This document shows, in pieces, positions 14,236-14,557 of a stretch of 14,557 nucleotides of DNA (its first letter is position 1; each line of letters opens with the position of its first letter). Below the pieces are notes generated by a model. The model was not told where the DNA came from. It did no database searches and saw nothing but the letters and a program-made list of their open reading frames with translations. Source of the stretch: Candidatus Hodarchaeota archaeon (lineage in GTDB: Archaea; Asgardarchaeota; Heimdallarchaeia; Hodarchaeales; Hodarchaeaceae); the NCBI GenBank assembly GCA_016840035.1, contig JAEOTC010000286.1:1-14557 (forward strand), in the 5' to 3' direction. Position numbers and translations under genes: made by a program.

Positions 14236-14247
14236 TCTAATTTATTA

Positions 14248-14556
14248 CTAATCTTTTGTGTTTATTTGCATCTCTTTTGTCATACTTTTTCCAAGAATTC
14301 GTGAGGAAAAATAAACTAATCCCGCAAATAAAATTGCTAATCCGTAGAGAACAATGGGTATCCAAAGAACTTCCATTCTAAAGAAATAACTTATATCTCT
14401 TCCATATCCAAACGGTATAGGAACATATAGCCACAAGAGGTAGCTCGAAAATAGAGCGAATATCAGCCAGCGCCATTTTGTTTCAATTTTTAGTCCATAT
14501 AAGTAGGTCATTACGACCATGAAACTGAACCCAGATAAAAACATGGGCCACATATC
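14248..14556 (-). CDS. C-terminal part of a multi-pass membrane protein (5'-truncated by the window edge)
   Basis: The frame is open to the window end (GAT ATG TGG CCC...). Three hydrophobic segments; ends 12 nt upstream of rnhA on the same strand. Confidence 0.7.
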   Translation of the reverse strand, partial: DMWPMFLSGFSFMVVMTYLYGLKIETKWRWLIFALFSSYLLWLYVPIPFGYGRDISYFFRMEVLWIPIVLYGLAILFAGLVYFSSRILGKSMTKEMQINTKD

Positions 14557-14557
14557 T

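Overview
An AT-rich archaeal-looking window. The C-terminal sorting signals, NosD and kelch surface proteins, GGTGA/GAGG Shine-Dalgarno sites and TTG/GTG starts suggest an Asgard (Heimdall/Hodarchaeales-like) genome; this assignment is inference. Housekeeping or enzymatic genes are a 5'-truncated transcarbamylase with unusual substrate motifs, a DUF123/GIY-YIG nuclease, a transglutaminase-like protein, a NUDIX hydrolase, ilvE and RNase HI. They flank a 6.7 kb minus-strand cell-surface cluster (11082->4424): two paralogous membrane-anchored kelch beta-propellers, a large beta-helix protein and a single-pass membrane protein with a cytoplasmic winged-HTH. A palindrome overlapping the TATA box lies upstream of the cluster, making it a candidate autoregulated transmembrane sensing and adhesion system. 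Other highlights are a proline-rich protein with a SNAP-like helical C-terminus and a MIM2-like LPELP motif, an M48/HtpX-like membrane protein lacking all catalytic histidines, and a possible decayed profilin-like relic after ilvE. No rRNA, tRNA, CRISPR array or transposase was recognised.
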